A DNA stretch of 40,648 nt, from positions 1 to 40,648 of the forward strand of contig JAZSIL010000050.1 of assembly GCA_045533785.1 (NCBI GenBank). The letters are read 5' to 3'. A program made the position numbers and the translations under genes. The notes under the pieces are model-generated. The model was not told where the DNA came from. It saw nothing but the letters and a program-made list of their open reading frames with translations, and ran no database searches. The stretch comes from Bacilli bacterium (GTDB taxonomy: Bacteria; Bacillota_I; Bacilli_A; ML615J-28; CAG-313). Below, in pieces: positions 1 through 9,826 of the stretch; within the stretch, counting starts at the first letter, position 1; each line of letters opens with the position of its first letter.

Positions 1-2
1 AA

Positions 3-1250
3 TTATACAAAACTCAATTAGAAGAACTAGTAAAGTATGGGGATGAACATGGTTATATTCCAATTGGTTTAATCACTAAGTTATTTCCTAATGACGATGA
101 TGAATTATTAGATGATGTAATATCTTATCTAGAATCAAAGAATTATGAAGTAACAAAAGATGATGCAAATTCTCCGGATATTAGTGATGACATTATCATT
201 GATGAAATTGGTGATGATCTTGATGATTTAGATGATCTTGATGAAGAACCTGATGATGAAGATTTAATTACTGAAGAAGAAGTTGAGATTAAAGTATCTG
301 ACTTTGACAACATTGATTCAACACCTTATCAATCTGATGATATTGTTAAGATGTATTTACATGAAATTGGTCAAGTTGATCTTTTAAACATTACTCAAGA
401 ACTAGAACTTGCTCGTCAAGTTCAAGAAGGAATAATGTCCAAGGAAAAAATTGAACAATATGAAAAAGCTGGTAAGAAATTATCGGATGAAGAACTAAAA
501 GAATTAGAAGAAAAAATTGCCATTGGTAAAGGCGCTCAAGATTTATTGATTGAAGCTAATCTTCGTTTAGTTGTTCATATTGCAAAACGTTACATGACAA
601 GAGGCCTTCCACTTTCTGACTTGATTCAAGAAGGTAATATGGGGCTTATGAAAGCTGTTCTTAAATATGACCCTACACGTGGTTTTAAATTCTGTACCTA
701 TGCTACATGGTGGATTCGTCAATCTATTACAAGAGCAATCGCTGATAAAGGGCGTAATGTTCGTATTCCAGTTCACATGCATGAATGTATTAATCGTTTA
801 ACTAGAACAAGAAGACGTTTAGTACAAGAATTACATCGTGAACCTACGATTGAAGAAATTGCAGATGAAATGAAATTACCAGTTGAAAAAATTGTGGAAC
901 TTCAAAGAGTTGCTCAAGACTCTATTTCATTTGATAATGCAGTAGGTGATGAAGAAGATTCAACATTAATTGATTTAGTTGCTGATGAAAACACTCTTAA
1001 TCCGCTTGAATATACTGAGAAAACTTTATATCGTGAAGAAATTGATGATGTTCTACAAACACTTACACCACGTGAAGAAATGGTTATTCGTCTTCGTTAT
1101 GGTATTGGTGTCGATAGAAGTCATACATTAGAAGAAGTTGGTAAAATTATGGGTGTTACTCGTGAAAGAGTTCGTCAAATTGAAGCAAAAGCTCTTTCAA
1201 GACTTCGTAATCATCAAAGAATGAGTCGTTTAAAACAACATATCGAATAG
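3..1250 (+). CDS. rpoD: RNA polymerase sigma-70 factor, primary-like (group 1/2) paralog; 5' end lies upstream of the window
   Basis: The frame of the listed ORF 351..1250 stays open back to nt 3, giving at least 415 codons. The upstream part is an acidic region-1.1-like stretch (DDIIIDEIGDDLDDLDDLDEEPDDED). Region 1.2 is DDIVKMYLHEIGQVDLL, region 2 is EGNMGLMKAV..FCTYATWWIRQSITRAIAD..IRIPVHM, and region 4.2 is TLEEVGKIMGVTRERVRQIEAKAL. Confidence 0.9.
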   Translation, partial: LYKTQLEELVKYGDEHGYIPIGLITKLFPNDDDELLDDVISYLESKNYEVTKDDANSPDISDDIIIDEIGDDLDDLDDLDEEPDDEDLITEEEVEIKVSDFDNIDSTPYQSDDIVKMYLHEIGQVDLLNITQELELARQVQEGIMSKEKIEQYEKAGKKLSDEELKELEEKIAIGKGAQDLLIEANLRLVVHIAKRYMTRGLPLSDLIQEGNMGLMKAVLKYDPTRGFKFCTYATWWIRQSITRAIADKGRNVRIPVHMHECINRLTRTRRRLVQELHREPTIEEIADEMKLPVEKIVELQRVAQDSISFDNAVGDEEDSTLIDLVADENTLNPLEYTEKTLYREEIDDVLQTLTPREEMVIRLRYGIGVDRSHTLEEVGKIMGVTRERVRQIEAKALSRLRNHQRMSRLKQHIE

Positions 1251-1261
1251 TTATCAATATT

Positions 1262-1300
1262 AGAATTTAGTACTATTATTAGTATTAAATTCTTTTTTTT
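1262..1300 (+). terminator. Rho-independent terminator after the first sigma gene
   Basis: A 13-bp stem, agaatttagtact (1262-1274) pairing with agtattaaattct (1281-1293) with one mismatch, has a 6-nt loop and is followed by a T-run to 1300. Confidence 0.7.
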
Positions 1301-1319
1301 GGTAAATAAATCATTATTG

Positions 1320-1328
1320 TGATATAAT
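1320..1328 (+). promoter_or_regulatory. Extended -10 promoter element (TGaTATAAT) upstream of glyQS
   Basis: tgatataat lies at 1320-1328, about 47 nt upstream of the glyQS ATG. It sits directly downstream of the preceding terminator. Confidence 0.45.
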
Positions 1329-1374
1329 AAGAAAGAAAATTATATAAAAAAATATTAAAGGATGGTGTAAAAAT

Positions 1375-2748
1375 ATGGAAATGACAATGGAAAAATTTGT
1401 TGCATATTTAAAACAATTAGGCTTTGTATATCAAGGTAGTGAAATTTATGGTGGACTTGCAAACGCATGGGATTATGGTCCACTTGGTGTAGAATTAAAG
1501 AATAATATTAAAAAAGCTTGGTGGAAAGACTTTGTACAATGTCATCCTAATAATGTAGGTATTGATGCTGCAATCTTAATGAATCCACAAACTTGGGTTG
1601 CATCAGGACATGTAGGAGGATTCTCTGATCCACTTGTAGACTGTAAAGCGTGCGGTTCAAGACATCGTGCTGATAAACTAATTGAAGATTTTACTTTAGG
1701 TGCTGAAACTGGCGATGGTTGGGATAATGATAAACTATTTAATTTTATTTTAGAAAATAAAGTAGCATGTCCTAAATGTGGTGCTGTTAACTATACTCCA
1801 ATTAGAAAATTTAACTTAATGTTTGAAACTCATCAAGGTGTAGTTGAAGAAGCTAAATCAGTTGTATATTTACGTCCAGAAACTGCTCAAGGTATTTTTG
1901 TTAACTTTAAAAATGTTCAAAGAACAACGCGTAAAAAAGTTCCATTTGGTATTGGACAAATTGGTAAATCATTTAGAAATGAAATTACTCCAGGTAACTT
2001 TATTTTTAGAACACGTGAATTTGAACAAATGGAATTAGAATTCTTCTGTAAACCTGATACTGACTTAGAATGGTTTGCATATTGGAAAAAATTCTGCTTA
2101 GATTTCCTTGCTAAACTAGGGCTTAAAGATGAATCAGTAAGATTTAGAGATCATAAACCTGAAGAATTATGTTTCTATTCAAAAGCTACAACTGATGTGG
2201 AATTTAAATATTTCTTTGGTTGGGGAGAACTATGGGGTATTGCTGATAGAACTGATTATGACTTAGGCGTACATCAAAAGCAAACTGGTGAAAGTTTAGA
2301 ATATCGAGATCCTGAAACTAATGAAAAATATATTCCATATGTTGTTGAACCAAGTGTTGGTGTAGAAAGATTATTACTTGCAGTTTTAACTGATGCATAT
2401 GAAGAAGAAGTATTAGAAGGTGGCGAAACAAGAGAAGTATTACATTTACATCCTGCACTTGCCCCTGTAAAAATCGCCGTACTTCCACTTGTAAATAAAT
2501 TAAATGAAAAAGCTACTGAAGTATTTAAAATGCTTTCTAAAGACTTCATTTGTGAATATGATACAAGCGGTAAAATTGGTAAAAGATATCGTCGTCAAGA
2601 CTCAATTGGTACTCCATACTGCGTTACAGTTGACTTTGATACTTTAGAAAAAGGTTTAGTTACTGTACGTCATCGTGATTCTATGAAACAAGATGTTGTT
2701 AAAGTAGAAGATTTAAAAGCTTATTTTACTGGTAAGTTTGATTTTTAA
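1375..2748 (+). CDS. glyQS: Glycine--tRNA ligase, single-chain class II (GlyQS type)
   Basis: The 457-aa ORF begins [22 protein letters not shown] and contains [37 protein letters not shown] and a C-terminal anticodon-binding region ([19 protein letters not shown]). Confidence 0.93.
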   Translation: MEMTMEKFVAYLKQLGFVYQGSEIYGGLANAWDYGPLGVELKNNIKKAWWKDFVQCHPNNVGIDAAILMNPQTWVASGHVGGFSDPLVDCKACGSRHRADKLIEDFTLGAETGDGWDNDKLFNFILENKVACPKCGAVNYTPIRKFNLMFETHQGVVEEAKSVVYLRPETAQGIFVNFKNVQRTTRKKVPFGIGQIGKSFRNEITPGNFIFRTREFEQMELEFFCKPDTDLEWFAYWKKFCLDFLAKLGLKDESVRFRDHKPEELCFYSKATTDVEFKYFFGWGELWGIADRTDYDLGVHQKQTGESLEYRDPETNEKYIPYVVEPSVGVERLLLAVLTDAYEEEVLEGGETREVLHLHPALAPVKIAVLPLVNKLNEKATEVFKMLSKDFICEYDTSGKIGKRYRRQDSIGTPYCVTVDFDTLEKGLVTVRHRDSMKQDVVKVEDLKAYFTGKFDF

Positions 2749-2784
2749 GATATTGTAATATTTATATGATAAGGAGGTGGGCAA

Positions 2785-4578
2785 ATGATTCCTGGTAATA
2801 TTAGAAATAAAATAATTCAAGACCTTAGTATTGTTGAAGTTGTGTCTGAATATTTACCTTTGACTAGAAAAGGTAATAGTTATTTTGGCGTTTGTCCATT
2901 TCATGATGATAAAAATCCTTCAATGAGTGTAAGTGATTCTGTTAAAATGTTTAATTGTTTTAGTTGTAACACTAAAGGTAATGTTATTACATTTGTTGCA
3001 AAATATGAAAATATTTCTTTTGATCAAGCAACAATTAAACTAGCAGAACGTATTGGATTAAAGATTAGTGCAAATACTTCAAAAGAAGCTTTAAAACAAG
3101 AACGTTTAGAAAATATTATGAATGAAGCTGCTAAGTTTTATAGTTTTTATCTTCGTAATAGTGAAGAAGGAGTAGAAGCATTAAAATATTTACATGATCG
3201 TGGGATAAGTGATGAAATTATTGATAAGTTTAGAATTGGTCTTGCACCAAGTTTAAGTGATGGTTTATATCAATTCTTAATAAAAAAGGGCATTTCTGAA
3301 CTTGATTTAATTGAACTTGGTCTTGTTAAACAAGAAGACAATAATAAAATTCACGATATTTTTAGAATTCGTGTTATGTTTCCACTTGCGTCAAATAATG
3401 GTAAGATTGTAGGTTTTAGTGGGCGCATTTATACTGCTAGTAATCAAGCAAAATATATTAACTCTAATGAGAATGTTTTATTCCATAAAGGTGAAGTTCT
3501 TTATAATATGCATAATGCTGCACTTCCAGCAAGACAACTTGATAAGATTTATTTATTTGAAGGTTTTATGGATGTTATCGCCGCATATCGTGCAGGGATA
3601 AAAAACGGTGTTGCTACAATGGGGACAGCTTTAACTAAAGAACATATCAATAGTATTTTGTCTATAACAAAGAATATTGTTTTATGTTTTGATGGTGATG
3701 AAGCGGGTATTAAAGCAATGCGTAGATCTGCTAAGATGTTAGCTAATTATAATATTATTCCTGAAGCTGTCGTTTTACCTAATAATCAAGATCCAGATGA
3801 ATATATTAAAGATTACGGAGCTAAACAATTAGAAGCTTACCTTATTTCGAAAGCAAAACCTGTTTATTATTGGTTATATCGCTTAGCTTATGATAAAGTG
3901 ATTAAAAGTGATATTTCAAGTGTTGAACAGTTTAAACATACAGTTTTTGCATTTTTGAGTGAAATTAATCAAGAAACAATTATTGATTATTATTTGAATC
4001 AAATGGCTAGTGATTTAGGTGTTGATTTAAATAGTTTAAAGAAAGATTTTGTTAGTGAAAAAGCAAATATTCAAAATGTTCCTGAAGTTAATAATGTTCC
4101 TAAGCCTAAAACTGTTAAACCTGTTATTGTTAATGAAGTTCCGATTACTAAAGCTATTAAGAGAGCTTATCAAATAATAATTAAGCATGCAATTTATAGT
4201 CATGTTAAATTAAATAAATATTTAGCATATACTCAAGATTTTTATCCTGGTAACGGATTATTATTAGAGTTTTCGATTATAAATGCGTTAGAAATAGAAG
4301 TACTTATTAATCCAAAATTATTAAATACTTCTAAGTTTGCTGCACATAATATAAGTGTACTTTGTTTAGATGAATCATTTAAAGAATATATTGAAACGAT
4401 TATTAATGATCATTTAATTGATGTAAAAAATGATGATGATTTTGAACAAAGTTTAGAACTAATTAAAAAGTATATCAAAAAAGTTAAAACTAGAGATATT
4501 AAAAATCGTATTATCAGAGGGGATGAAAATGCGATTAAAGAATTTACTGAGTCCAAAAAAGACGAACATAATATTTAG
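2785..4578 (+). CDS. dnaG: DNA primase DnaG
   Basis: A strong SD (aaggaggtgggcaaATG) precedes the start. The protein has a zinc ribbon (CPFHDDKNPSMSV...FNCFSCNTKGNVITF) and a Toprim region (LFEGFMDVIAAY...VLCFDGDEAG...DPDE). It occupies the canonical position upstream of rpoD. Confidence 0.93.
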   Translation: MIPGNIRNKIIQDLSIVEVVSEYLPLTRKGNSYFGVCPFHDDKNPSMSVSDSVKMFNCFSCNTKGNVITFVAKYENISFDQATIKLAERIGLKISANTSKEALKQERLENIMNEAAKFYSFYLRNSEEGVEALKYLHDRGISDEIIDKFRIGLAPSLSDGLYQFLIKKGISELDLIELGLVKQEDNNKIHDIFRIRVMFPLASNNGKIVGFSGRIYTASNQAKYINSNENVLFHKGEVLYNMHNAALPARQLDKIYLFEGFMDVIAAYRAGIKNGVATMGTALTKEHINSILSITKNIVLCFDGDEAGIKAMRRSAKMLANYNIIPEAVVLPNNQDPDEYIKDYGAKQLEAYLISKAKPVYYWLYRLAYDKVIKSDISSVEQFKHTVFAFLSEINQETIIDYYLNQMASDLGVDLNSLKKDFVSEKANIQNVPEVNNVPKPKTVKPVIVNEVPITKAIKRAYQIIIKHAIYSHVKLNKYLAYTQDFYPGNGLLLEFSIINALEIEVLINPKLLNTSKFAAHNISVLCLDESFKEYIETIINDHLIDVKNDDDFEQSLELIKKYIKKVKTRDIKNRIIRGDENAIKEFTESKKDEHNI

Positions 4579-4593
4579 GGGGAAAAAAGGGGT

Positions 4594-5760
4594 ATGTTTG
4601 ATACAAAAAAATATAAAGAACAACTTAATAAAGTATTAAGTTTTGCTGAAGAATTTCACTATGTTACCGAAAGTTACATATGTGAAATTTTTGAAATAGA
4701 CAAGTCTGTTTTATTAGATGAAATTAAGAAATATTTAGAATCTTTAAAAATAGATATTGTTCACGACATTACAGATGAAATAGAACCTAGTGATGAAGAA
4801 CTATTAAGTGTTAATACTAGTGAAACGTTAGAAGACATTGATTTTAATAACAATGATTATATAAATGTTAATGATTTAATTAGAACCTATCTAAACGATA
4901 TTGGAAGAATTCCATTATTGACTTATGATCAAGAGGTTAAATGTGCTAACGAAATTAAACAAGGTAATAATGCAGAAAAAGAACTTGTAGTTAATAAAAA
5001 ACTATCAATTGAAGAAAAAAAGGCTTTAAGAAAAATTTCTCTTATTGGCTTAGAAGCAAGACAATTACTAATTGAATCAAATTTACGCCTTGTTGTTTCT
5101 ATTGCAAAAAGGTATTTAAATCGTGGTTTATCATTTATGGATTTAATTCAAGAAGGAAATATTGGATTAATTAAAGCTGTATACAAATATGACCCATCAC
5201 GAGGATTTAGATTTTCTACGTATGGTACTTGGTGGATTAGGCAGGCTATTTCTCGTGCCATAGTTGATAAAGGTAGAATTGTTAGACTTCCTGTTCATAT
5301 GTCAGAAGCGGTAAATAAACTAATGAAAGAAAGAACAATACTAACACAAATTCTTCAAAAAGAACCAACTAACGAAGAATTAGCTGCACATTTAGATATT
5401 CCACTTGAGAAAGTTGAATTTCTTTTACAATCTTCACTAGATGTTATTTCATTAGATTTAAATATTGATGATGAAGAAGAAACATTATTAGTCGATGTTA
5501 TTCCTGATATTACGGCAGTGAATCCTAGTACTTATTTAGAAAATTTAGAGTATAAAAATAAAATTGATAAAATGTTAAAAACCCTAACACCAAGAGAAGA
5601 ACGAATTATTCGCCTTCGTTATGGTTTAGAGGATAATATAATTCATACTTTAGAAGATATTGCGAAGGAATTCGGGATTACTAGGGAAAGAGTAAGACAA
5701 CTTGAGGTTAAAGCAATTAGAAGACTTCGTCATCCATCTAGACTAAAGATAATAAAATAG
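4594..5760 (+). CDS. rpoD: RNA polymerase sigma-70 factor in the syntenic dnaG-rpoD position
   Basis: The 388-aa ORF has an SD gggggaaaaaaggggtATG. It contains region 1.2 ([15 protein letters not shown]), region 2 ([36 protein letters not shown]) and region 4.2 ([22 protein letters not shown]). It starts 15 nt after dnaG. Confidence 0.92.
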   Translation: MFDTKKYKEQLNKVLSFAEEFHYVTESYICEIFEIDKSVLLDEIKKYLESLKIDIVHDITDEIEPSDEELLSVNTSETLEDIDFNNNDYINVNDLIRTYLNDIGRIPLLTYDQEVKCANEIKQGNNAEKELVVNKKLSIEEKKALRKISLIGLEARQLLIESNLRLVVSIAKRYLNRGLSFMDLIQEGNIGLIKAVYKYDPSRGFRFSTYGTWWIRQAISRAIVDKGRIVRLPVHMSEAVNKLMKERTILTQILQKEPTNEELAAHLDIPLEKVEFLLQSSLDVISLDLNIDDEEETLLVDVIPDITAVNPSTYLENLEYKNKIDKMLKTLTPREERIIRLRYGLEDNIIHTLEDIAKEFGITRERVRQLEVKAIRRLRHPSRLKIIK

Positions 5761-5774
5761 AAAAGGATTAAAAT

Positions 5775-6428
5775 ATGGGATCATTAGTAAGATTACATGC
5801 GGCACTTGATTGGATAGATCAAAATGATTTACTAGCTGATATAGGTTGTGATCATGGTTATCTTGCCATTGAAGCATTAAAAAAAGGTATTTCATTTGTT
5901 CAATTAATCGATAACAAAGAAGGTCCATTAAATGTTGCGAGAAAAAATTTAAACCAATTTGAATTTGATGAAAAAACTAAGTTTACACTTGGTAGTGGTT
6001 TATTAGAACTTGATCAATCAATTAATTGTGTTGCTATTTTAGGAATGGGTGGAGAATTAATTGTTAAGATTTTAGAAGAAGGTATTAGTTATGCTACTAA
6101 TGTAAATAAATTTATTTTGGAAGCTAACACTAAAGTTCCTATTCTACGTAAATATTTATTTGATAATAAGTTTAATATTATATCGGAAAAAATTGTTAAA
6201 GAAAATGATAAATATTATGAGCTTATTTTATGTAAAAAATGTGATTCAATTATTGAATATAATAATTTTGATCTTGAATTTGGTCCAATTTTAAGAAAAG
6301 AAAAAAGTCCACTTTTTATCGAAAAATGGACTAAAGTTTATGAAAAATATCAAAATATAATAAAGAAATCTGAAATTATTCCTGAAAAATTAGTTGCAGA
6401 TTGTAAAATGATAGAGGAAATACTATGA
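5775..6428 (+). CDS. trmK: tRNA (adenine22-N1)-methyltransferase TrmK (YqfN family)
   Basis: The 217-aa ORF carries DIGCDHGYLA, which matches the TrmK SAM-binding motif. Its position directly after sigA matches the B. subtilis order sigA-yqfN-yqfO. Confidence 0.8.
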   Translation: MGSLVRLHAALDWIDQNDLLADIGCDHGYLAIEALKKGISFVQLIDNKEGPLNVARKNLNQFEFDEKTKFTLGSGLLELDQSINCVAILGMGGELIVKILEEGISYATNVNKFILEANTKVPILRKYLFDNKFNIISEKIVKENDKYYELILCKKCDSIIEYNNFDLEFGPILRKEKSPLFIEKWTKVYEKYQNIIKKSEIIPEKLVADCKMIEEIL

Positions 6429-7204
6429 AAGTAAAAGAAATTGTTGATTATTTACAAACATTATATCCGGTGGAACTTGCTAGTTCTTTTGATTATGGTA
6501 AAGTTGGTTTACAATTTGGGGCATTATCAAAAGAAGTTAAAAAGGTTATGATAACACTTGATGGTACGAGTGCTGTTGTTGATGAAGCACTTGAAAATAA
6601 TTGTGACATGTTAATATGTCATCATCCTTTTTTATTTAATTCAATTATAAATTTAGATTATAATAGTCCACTTGGAAAGAAAATGTTAAAAGTTTTCAAA
6701 AATGAACTTAATATTTTTGCTATGCACACTAATTTTGATTGTGCTATTAATGGTATGAATGATTATCTTGCTAGTTTACTAAAATTAGAAAATATTTATT
6801 CTGTACCGGAGATTCCAACAAGTGATTCATATTTCAGAATAGGTGATATTGAAAAACGTTCTTTAGCTGAATTTGCATATTATGTTAAAGAAGTATTTAA
6901 TGAAGAAGCTATTCGTGTAGTTGGTGATTTAGATAAACAAGTTAAGAAAGTAGCTATTTTGGGTGGTTCTGGTGGTAATTATGCTGTAACTGCTAAAAAG
7001 CTTGGATGTGATTGTATCATTACTGGCGAAGTTAAACAAAATAATGCTATAGATGCTGTTGAATATAATATGGCCATTATTGAGGTTAGTCATAGTGTTG
7101 AAGCATTATTTAAAGAATATATTAAAAATCAACTTTCAGAACAATTTAAAGATGTTGAATTTATTGTTAGTAAAAAAGATGTAAACCCATTTAAGTGTTT
7201 ATAA
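6425..7204 (+). CDS. NIF3 family dinuclear-metal protein (YqfO/YbgI-like, short form)
   Basis: The 259-aa ORF overlaps trmK by 4 nt (ATGA). It contains an HHP motif (LICHHPFLF), MHTNFD, and GGSG...ITGE...SH at the C-terminus. Synteny with yqfO supports the call. Confidence 0.8.
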   Translation: MKVKEIVDYLQTLYPVELASSFDYGKVGLQFGALSKEVKKVMITLDGTSAVVDEALENNCDMLICHHPFLFNSIINLDYNSPLGKKMLKVFKNELNIFAMHTNFDCAINGMNDYLASLLKLENIYSVPEIPTSDSYFRIGDIEKRSLAEFAYYVKEVFNEEAIRVVGDLDKQVKKVAILGGSGGNYAVTAKKLGCDCIITGEVKQNNAIDAVEYNMAIIEVSHSVEALFKEYIKNQLSEQFKDVEFIVSKKDVNPFKCL

Positions 7205-7216
7205 TTTGAGGTTAAT

Positions 7217-8497
7217 ATGGAGTTTGATCAAAATAAATATCAAAATTATGTACGTATTTTAAATGAAGAATTAGTTCCAGCTATGGGTTGTACCGAACCT
7301 ATTGCTATTGCATACTGTGCTGCATTAATGAAAGAAGCTCTTGGTAATAATCCTAGTAAAGTTATTATTAATGTAAGTGGTAATATTATTAAAAATGTAA
7401 AAAGTGTTACTGTTCCTAATACATTAGGTTTATGTGGTATTGATACTGCTTGTGCTGTTGGTATTATTGCTGGAGATGCTAGTAAAAAACTAGAGGTTAT
7501 TGCAAATGTTTCAAAAGAAGAAGCATTATTAATTCCTGACTATATAAAAAACACTAATATTACAATTAATCATGCTGATAATGATCACACATTATACATT
7601 GAAATAATAGGGTATTTAAATAATGATTATGCAAAAGTTATTATTGAAGATGCACATACTAATGTAGTTTTAATCGAAAAAAATAATAAAATAATTTTTG
7701 CAAGTGACAAAGAAGTTGTATTAAATAAAGTAAAACTTGATCATTCGGTATTAAATATTGAAGATATTATTAAATTTGCTGATATTGTTAATATTGATGA
7801 TATTAAAGAAAAATTAGACCTTCAAATTAAATATAATATGGCTATTGCAGAAGAAGGTGTAACAAATAATTACGGAGCAAATATTGGGAAAACGATTTTA
7901 AAATATAGTTCTGGATCAATTATTGATAAAATGAAAGCCTATGCTGCAGCTGGTAGTGATGCTAGAATGAATGGGTGTGATATGCCAGTAGTAATTAATA
8001 GTGGTAGCGGCAATCAAGGTATAACTGCTAGTGTACCAGTAATTGTTTTTGCAAGAAATGCTAATTGTTCCATGGATATGTTATATCGTGCGTTAGTTGT
8101 TTCTAATTTATGTACTATTCATATAAAACATAGCATTGGTAAACTTTCTGCATTTTGTGGTGTAGTTATTGCTGGTGCAGGATGTGGTGCAGGTGTTGCC
8201 TATTTAGAAGGTGGCAAATTTAGAGATATTGCTCATACTTTAGTTAATTCACTTGCCATAATTAGTGGTGTTGTTTGTGATGGAGCAAAATCTTCATGTG
8301 CTGCAAAAATTGCATCAAGTGTTGAAGCAGGCATTTTAGGATACTATATGTTTAAAGACGGTAATCAATTTGTTAGTGGTGATGGAATTGTAAAAAAAGG
8401 TGTTGAAAACACCATTAAAGCAATCGGTTCACTTGCACGTGTTGGAATGTGTGAAACTGATAAAGAGATTATTGAAATCATGATTCATCAAAAATAA
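7217..8497 (+). CDS. UPF0597 / L-cysteine desulfidase family protein (CyuA/YhaM-like)
   Basis: The 426-aa ORF has the N-terminal MGCTEPIAIAYCAA motif and Cys-rich Gly/Ala segments (SGSGNQG, CGVVIAGAGCGAG, VVCDGAKSSCAAK) that I recall as typical of the UPF0597 family. Confidence 0.7.
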   Translation: MEFDQNKYQNYVRILNEELVPAMGCTEPIAIAYCAALMKEALGNNPSKVIINVSGNIIKNVKSVTVPNTLGLCGIDTACAVGIIAGDASKKLEVIANVSKEEALLIPDYIKNTNITINHADNDHTLYIEIIGYLNNDYAKVIIEDAHTNVVLIEKNNKIIFASDKEVVLNKVKLDHSVLNIEDIIKFADIVNIDDIKEKLDLQIKYNMAIAEEGVTNNYGANIGKTILKYSSGSIIDKMKAYAAAGSDARMNGCDMPVVINSGSGNQGITASVPVIVFARNANCSMDMLYRALVVSNLCTIHIKHSIGKLSAFCGVVIAGAGCGAGVAYLEGGKFRDIAHTLVNSLAIISGVVCDGAKSSCAAKIASSVEAGILGYYMFKDGNQFVSGDGIVKKGVENTIKAIGSLARVGMCETDKEIIEIMIHQK

Positions 8498-8503
8498 AAA
8501 ATT

Positions 8504-8534
8504 GAGTTATCTTAAAAGATAACTCATTTTTTTT
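8504..8534. terminator. Bidirectional terminator between convergent genes (UPF0597 gene and ferredoxin)
   Basis: The stem gagttatc (8504-8511) pairs with gataactc (8518-8525). It is flanked by an A-run upstream and a T-run (8527-8534) downstream. Confidence 0.7.
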
Positions 8535-8543
8535 AGAATAATA

Positions 8544-8711
8544 TTATTCTTCAACGATTGCGCCCATTGGACATGCAGCTTCACAAGCACCGCAATCTAC
8601 ACATTGATCAGCATCAATAGCATAGATATCGCCTTCATGAATACATTCAACAGGACATTCAGCTGCGCAAGCACCACAAGCTACGCATGCATCTGTAATT
8701 TTTCTTGGCAT
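8544..8711 (-). CDS. 2x[4Fe-4S] clostridial-type ferredoxin (55 aa)
   Basis: Two CxxCxxCxxxCP motifs are present (CVACGACAAECP and CVDCGACEAACP). I place the start at MPRKITD (ATG at 8711) because GGAGG sits 8 nt upstream on the minus strand. The track ORF start at 8753 has no SD. Confidence 0.88.
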   Translation of the reverse strand: MPRKITDACVACGACAAECPVECIHEGDIYAIDADQCVDCGACEAACPMGAIVEE

Positions 8712-8810
8712 AATATTTACCTCCGTGTCAAAATTTACATTAAAATTATACAATAAAAATTAATTTGTATCAAGTATTTAGATATTTTTAATTAATTTTT
8801 GGTTAATTAA

Positions 8811-8839
8811 TTGAAAATATTATTTAATTATGATATAAT
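8811..8839 (+). promoter_or_regulatory. Sigma-A type promoter for the yneF-like gene
   Basis: TTGAAA (8811-8816) is followed by a 17-nt spacer and TGaTATAAT (8831-8839). Confidence 0.55.
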
Positions 8840-8875
8840 AGTTGCAATAAAAAATATAAAAGGAGAATATATAGT

Positions 8876-9094
8876 ATGATGCCTTGGTGGGTAGGATTAA
8901 TTATTGGTGTAGTTTGTCTTTTAGTTGGTTTTGTTGTTGGTTTCTTAGTTATTAAGAATGTATTCCAAAAACAATTAGAAAAAAATCCGCCTATTAATCG
9001 TGATATGATTAGAGCAATGTTCCGTCAAATGGGACGTAAACCTTCAGAACGAGATATTACAAGAGTTCTTGAAGAAATGAATAAATACAGATAA
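8876..9094 (+). CDS. UPF0154 small membrane protein (YneF family)
   Basis: The 72-aa ORF has an N-terminal TM helix followed by KNPPINRDMIRAMFRQMGRKPSE, which matches the UPF0154 signature as I remember it. The SD is aaaggagaa. Confidence 0.75.
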   Translation: MMPWWVGLIIGVVCLLVGFVVGFLVIKNVFQKQLEKNPPINRDMIRAMFRQMGRKPSERDITRVLEEMNKYR

Positions 9095-9104
9095 TCTAAA
9101 TTAA

Positions 9105-9136
9105 AAAGGATGAGTTAATTATTCATCCTTTTTTTC
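9105..9136 (+). terminator. Terminator of the yneF-like gene, overlapping the 3' end of convergent plsY
   Basis: The stem aaaggatga (9105-9113) pairs with tcatccttt (9123-9131) and is followed by a T-run. The plsY stop codon (9119-9121) lies inside the hairpin loop. Confidence 0.55.
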
Positions 9137-9826
9137 ATCTGCTTCACTAACAAATGCAGGTTCATCCTTATCTTTGATAGCTTTAAAATTTATTTTAGAT
9201 TCGGTATGTTTTAAAATTCTTTTAAAATTTGGAATATGCTTAACGATTAAAAAGATACATATAAAGATTAAGATTAAACTAAAATATGTAATTGTTATAT
9301 CACCTATTGTAATATAGTAATTATCTTTAAAGAAGAAAGAAGTAATTAATACAGCAAGTGCTGTTAAGCAAGAAGAAAGAGATACAAATCTTGTTGTAAA
9401 TATGATAATTAAAAAAGTAATTAGTCCGACACCAAATGCAATCGGGTGGTAGAATAGAACAATTCCTGATGCGGTAGCCACTCCTTTTCCGCCTTTAAAT
9501 TTTGCAAAAATCGGAAACAAGTGTCCTAAAAATGCACATGCACCATAAGAAAGTGGATGAATAACGAAACTACCTAAGTCAAAGTTAAAGAAATTATGTT
9601 TCATTATAAATAAAATTAATCCACCTTTTAGTGCATCAAGCGCAAATACAAGTAAACCATATTTAAAACCTAATACTCTAAAAGCATTTGTTGCTCCCAT
9701 ATTTTTACTTCCATGTTCTCTAATATCAATACCTTTAACGATTTTTCCGATGATTAATGCCCAAGGTATTGATCCTAAGAGATATGAAATTACTAAAAAT
9801 ATTATTTGTATATATAATCCTGTCAT
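9119..9826 (-). CDS. plsY: Acyl-phosphate:glycerol-3-phosphate acyltransferase PlsY
   Basis: The 235-aa polytopic membrane protein carries GSKNMGATNAFRVLG and FKGGKGVAT motifs. It lies next to parE-parC as in B. subtilis (yneS). It has an acidic C-terminal tail (DEPAFVSEADEKKDE). Confidence 0.88.
   Translation of the reverse strand: MTGLYIQIIFLVISYLLGSIPWALIIGKIVKGIDIREHGSKNMGATNAFRVLGFKYGLLVFALDALKGGLILFIMKHNFFNFDLGSFVIHPLSYGACAFLGHLFPIFAKFKGGKGVATASGIVLFYHPIAFGVGLITFLIIIFTTRFVSLSSCLTALAVLITSFFFKDNYYITIGDITITYFSLILIFICIFLIVKHIPNFKRILKHTESKINFKAIKDKDEPAFVSEADEKKDE

Noticed and set aside
567-782. Antisense or out-of-frame ORFs in the track: 567..782, 1844..2038, 2274..2549, 3419..3601, 5743..5928, 10831..11055, 11267..11572, 13437..13628, 17635..17841, 20304..20540, 27013..27237, 30271..30459, 34092..34391 and 37348..37539.
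   Set aside because: Each lies wholly or largely inside a long, motif-bearing gene on the same or the opposite strand. All have low-complexity, Leu/Ile/Phe/Ser/Asn-rich translations typical of shadow ORFs in AT-rich DNA, and none has a recognisable SD.
1251-1374. A possible T-box riboswitch leader upstream of glyQS.
   Set aside because: The gap is only 124 nt, and about 40 nt of it is the terminator of the preceding gene. There is no room for stem I, a specifier loop and an antiterminator, and no T-box sequence (AANNNGGTGGNACCGCG-like) is visible.
8712-8753. The 14-codon N-terminal extension of the ferredoxin ORF as given in the track (MYNFNVNFDTEVNI).
   Set aside because: GGAGG sits 8 nt upstream of the internal ATG at 8711, and the resulting 55-aa product is the canonical length for a 2x[4Fe-4S] ferredoxin. 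The upstream ATG has no SD.
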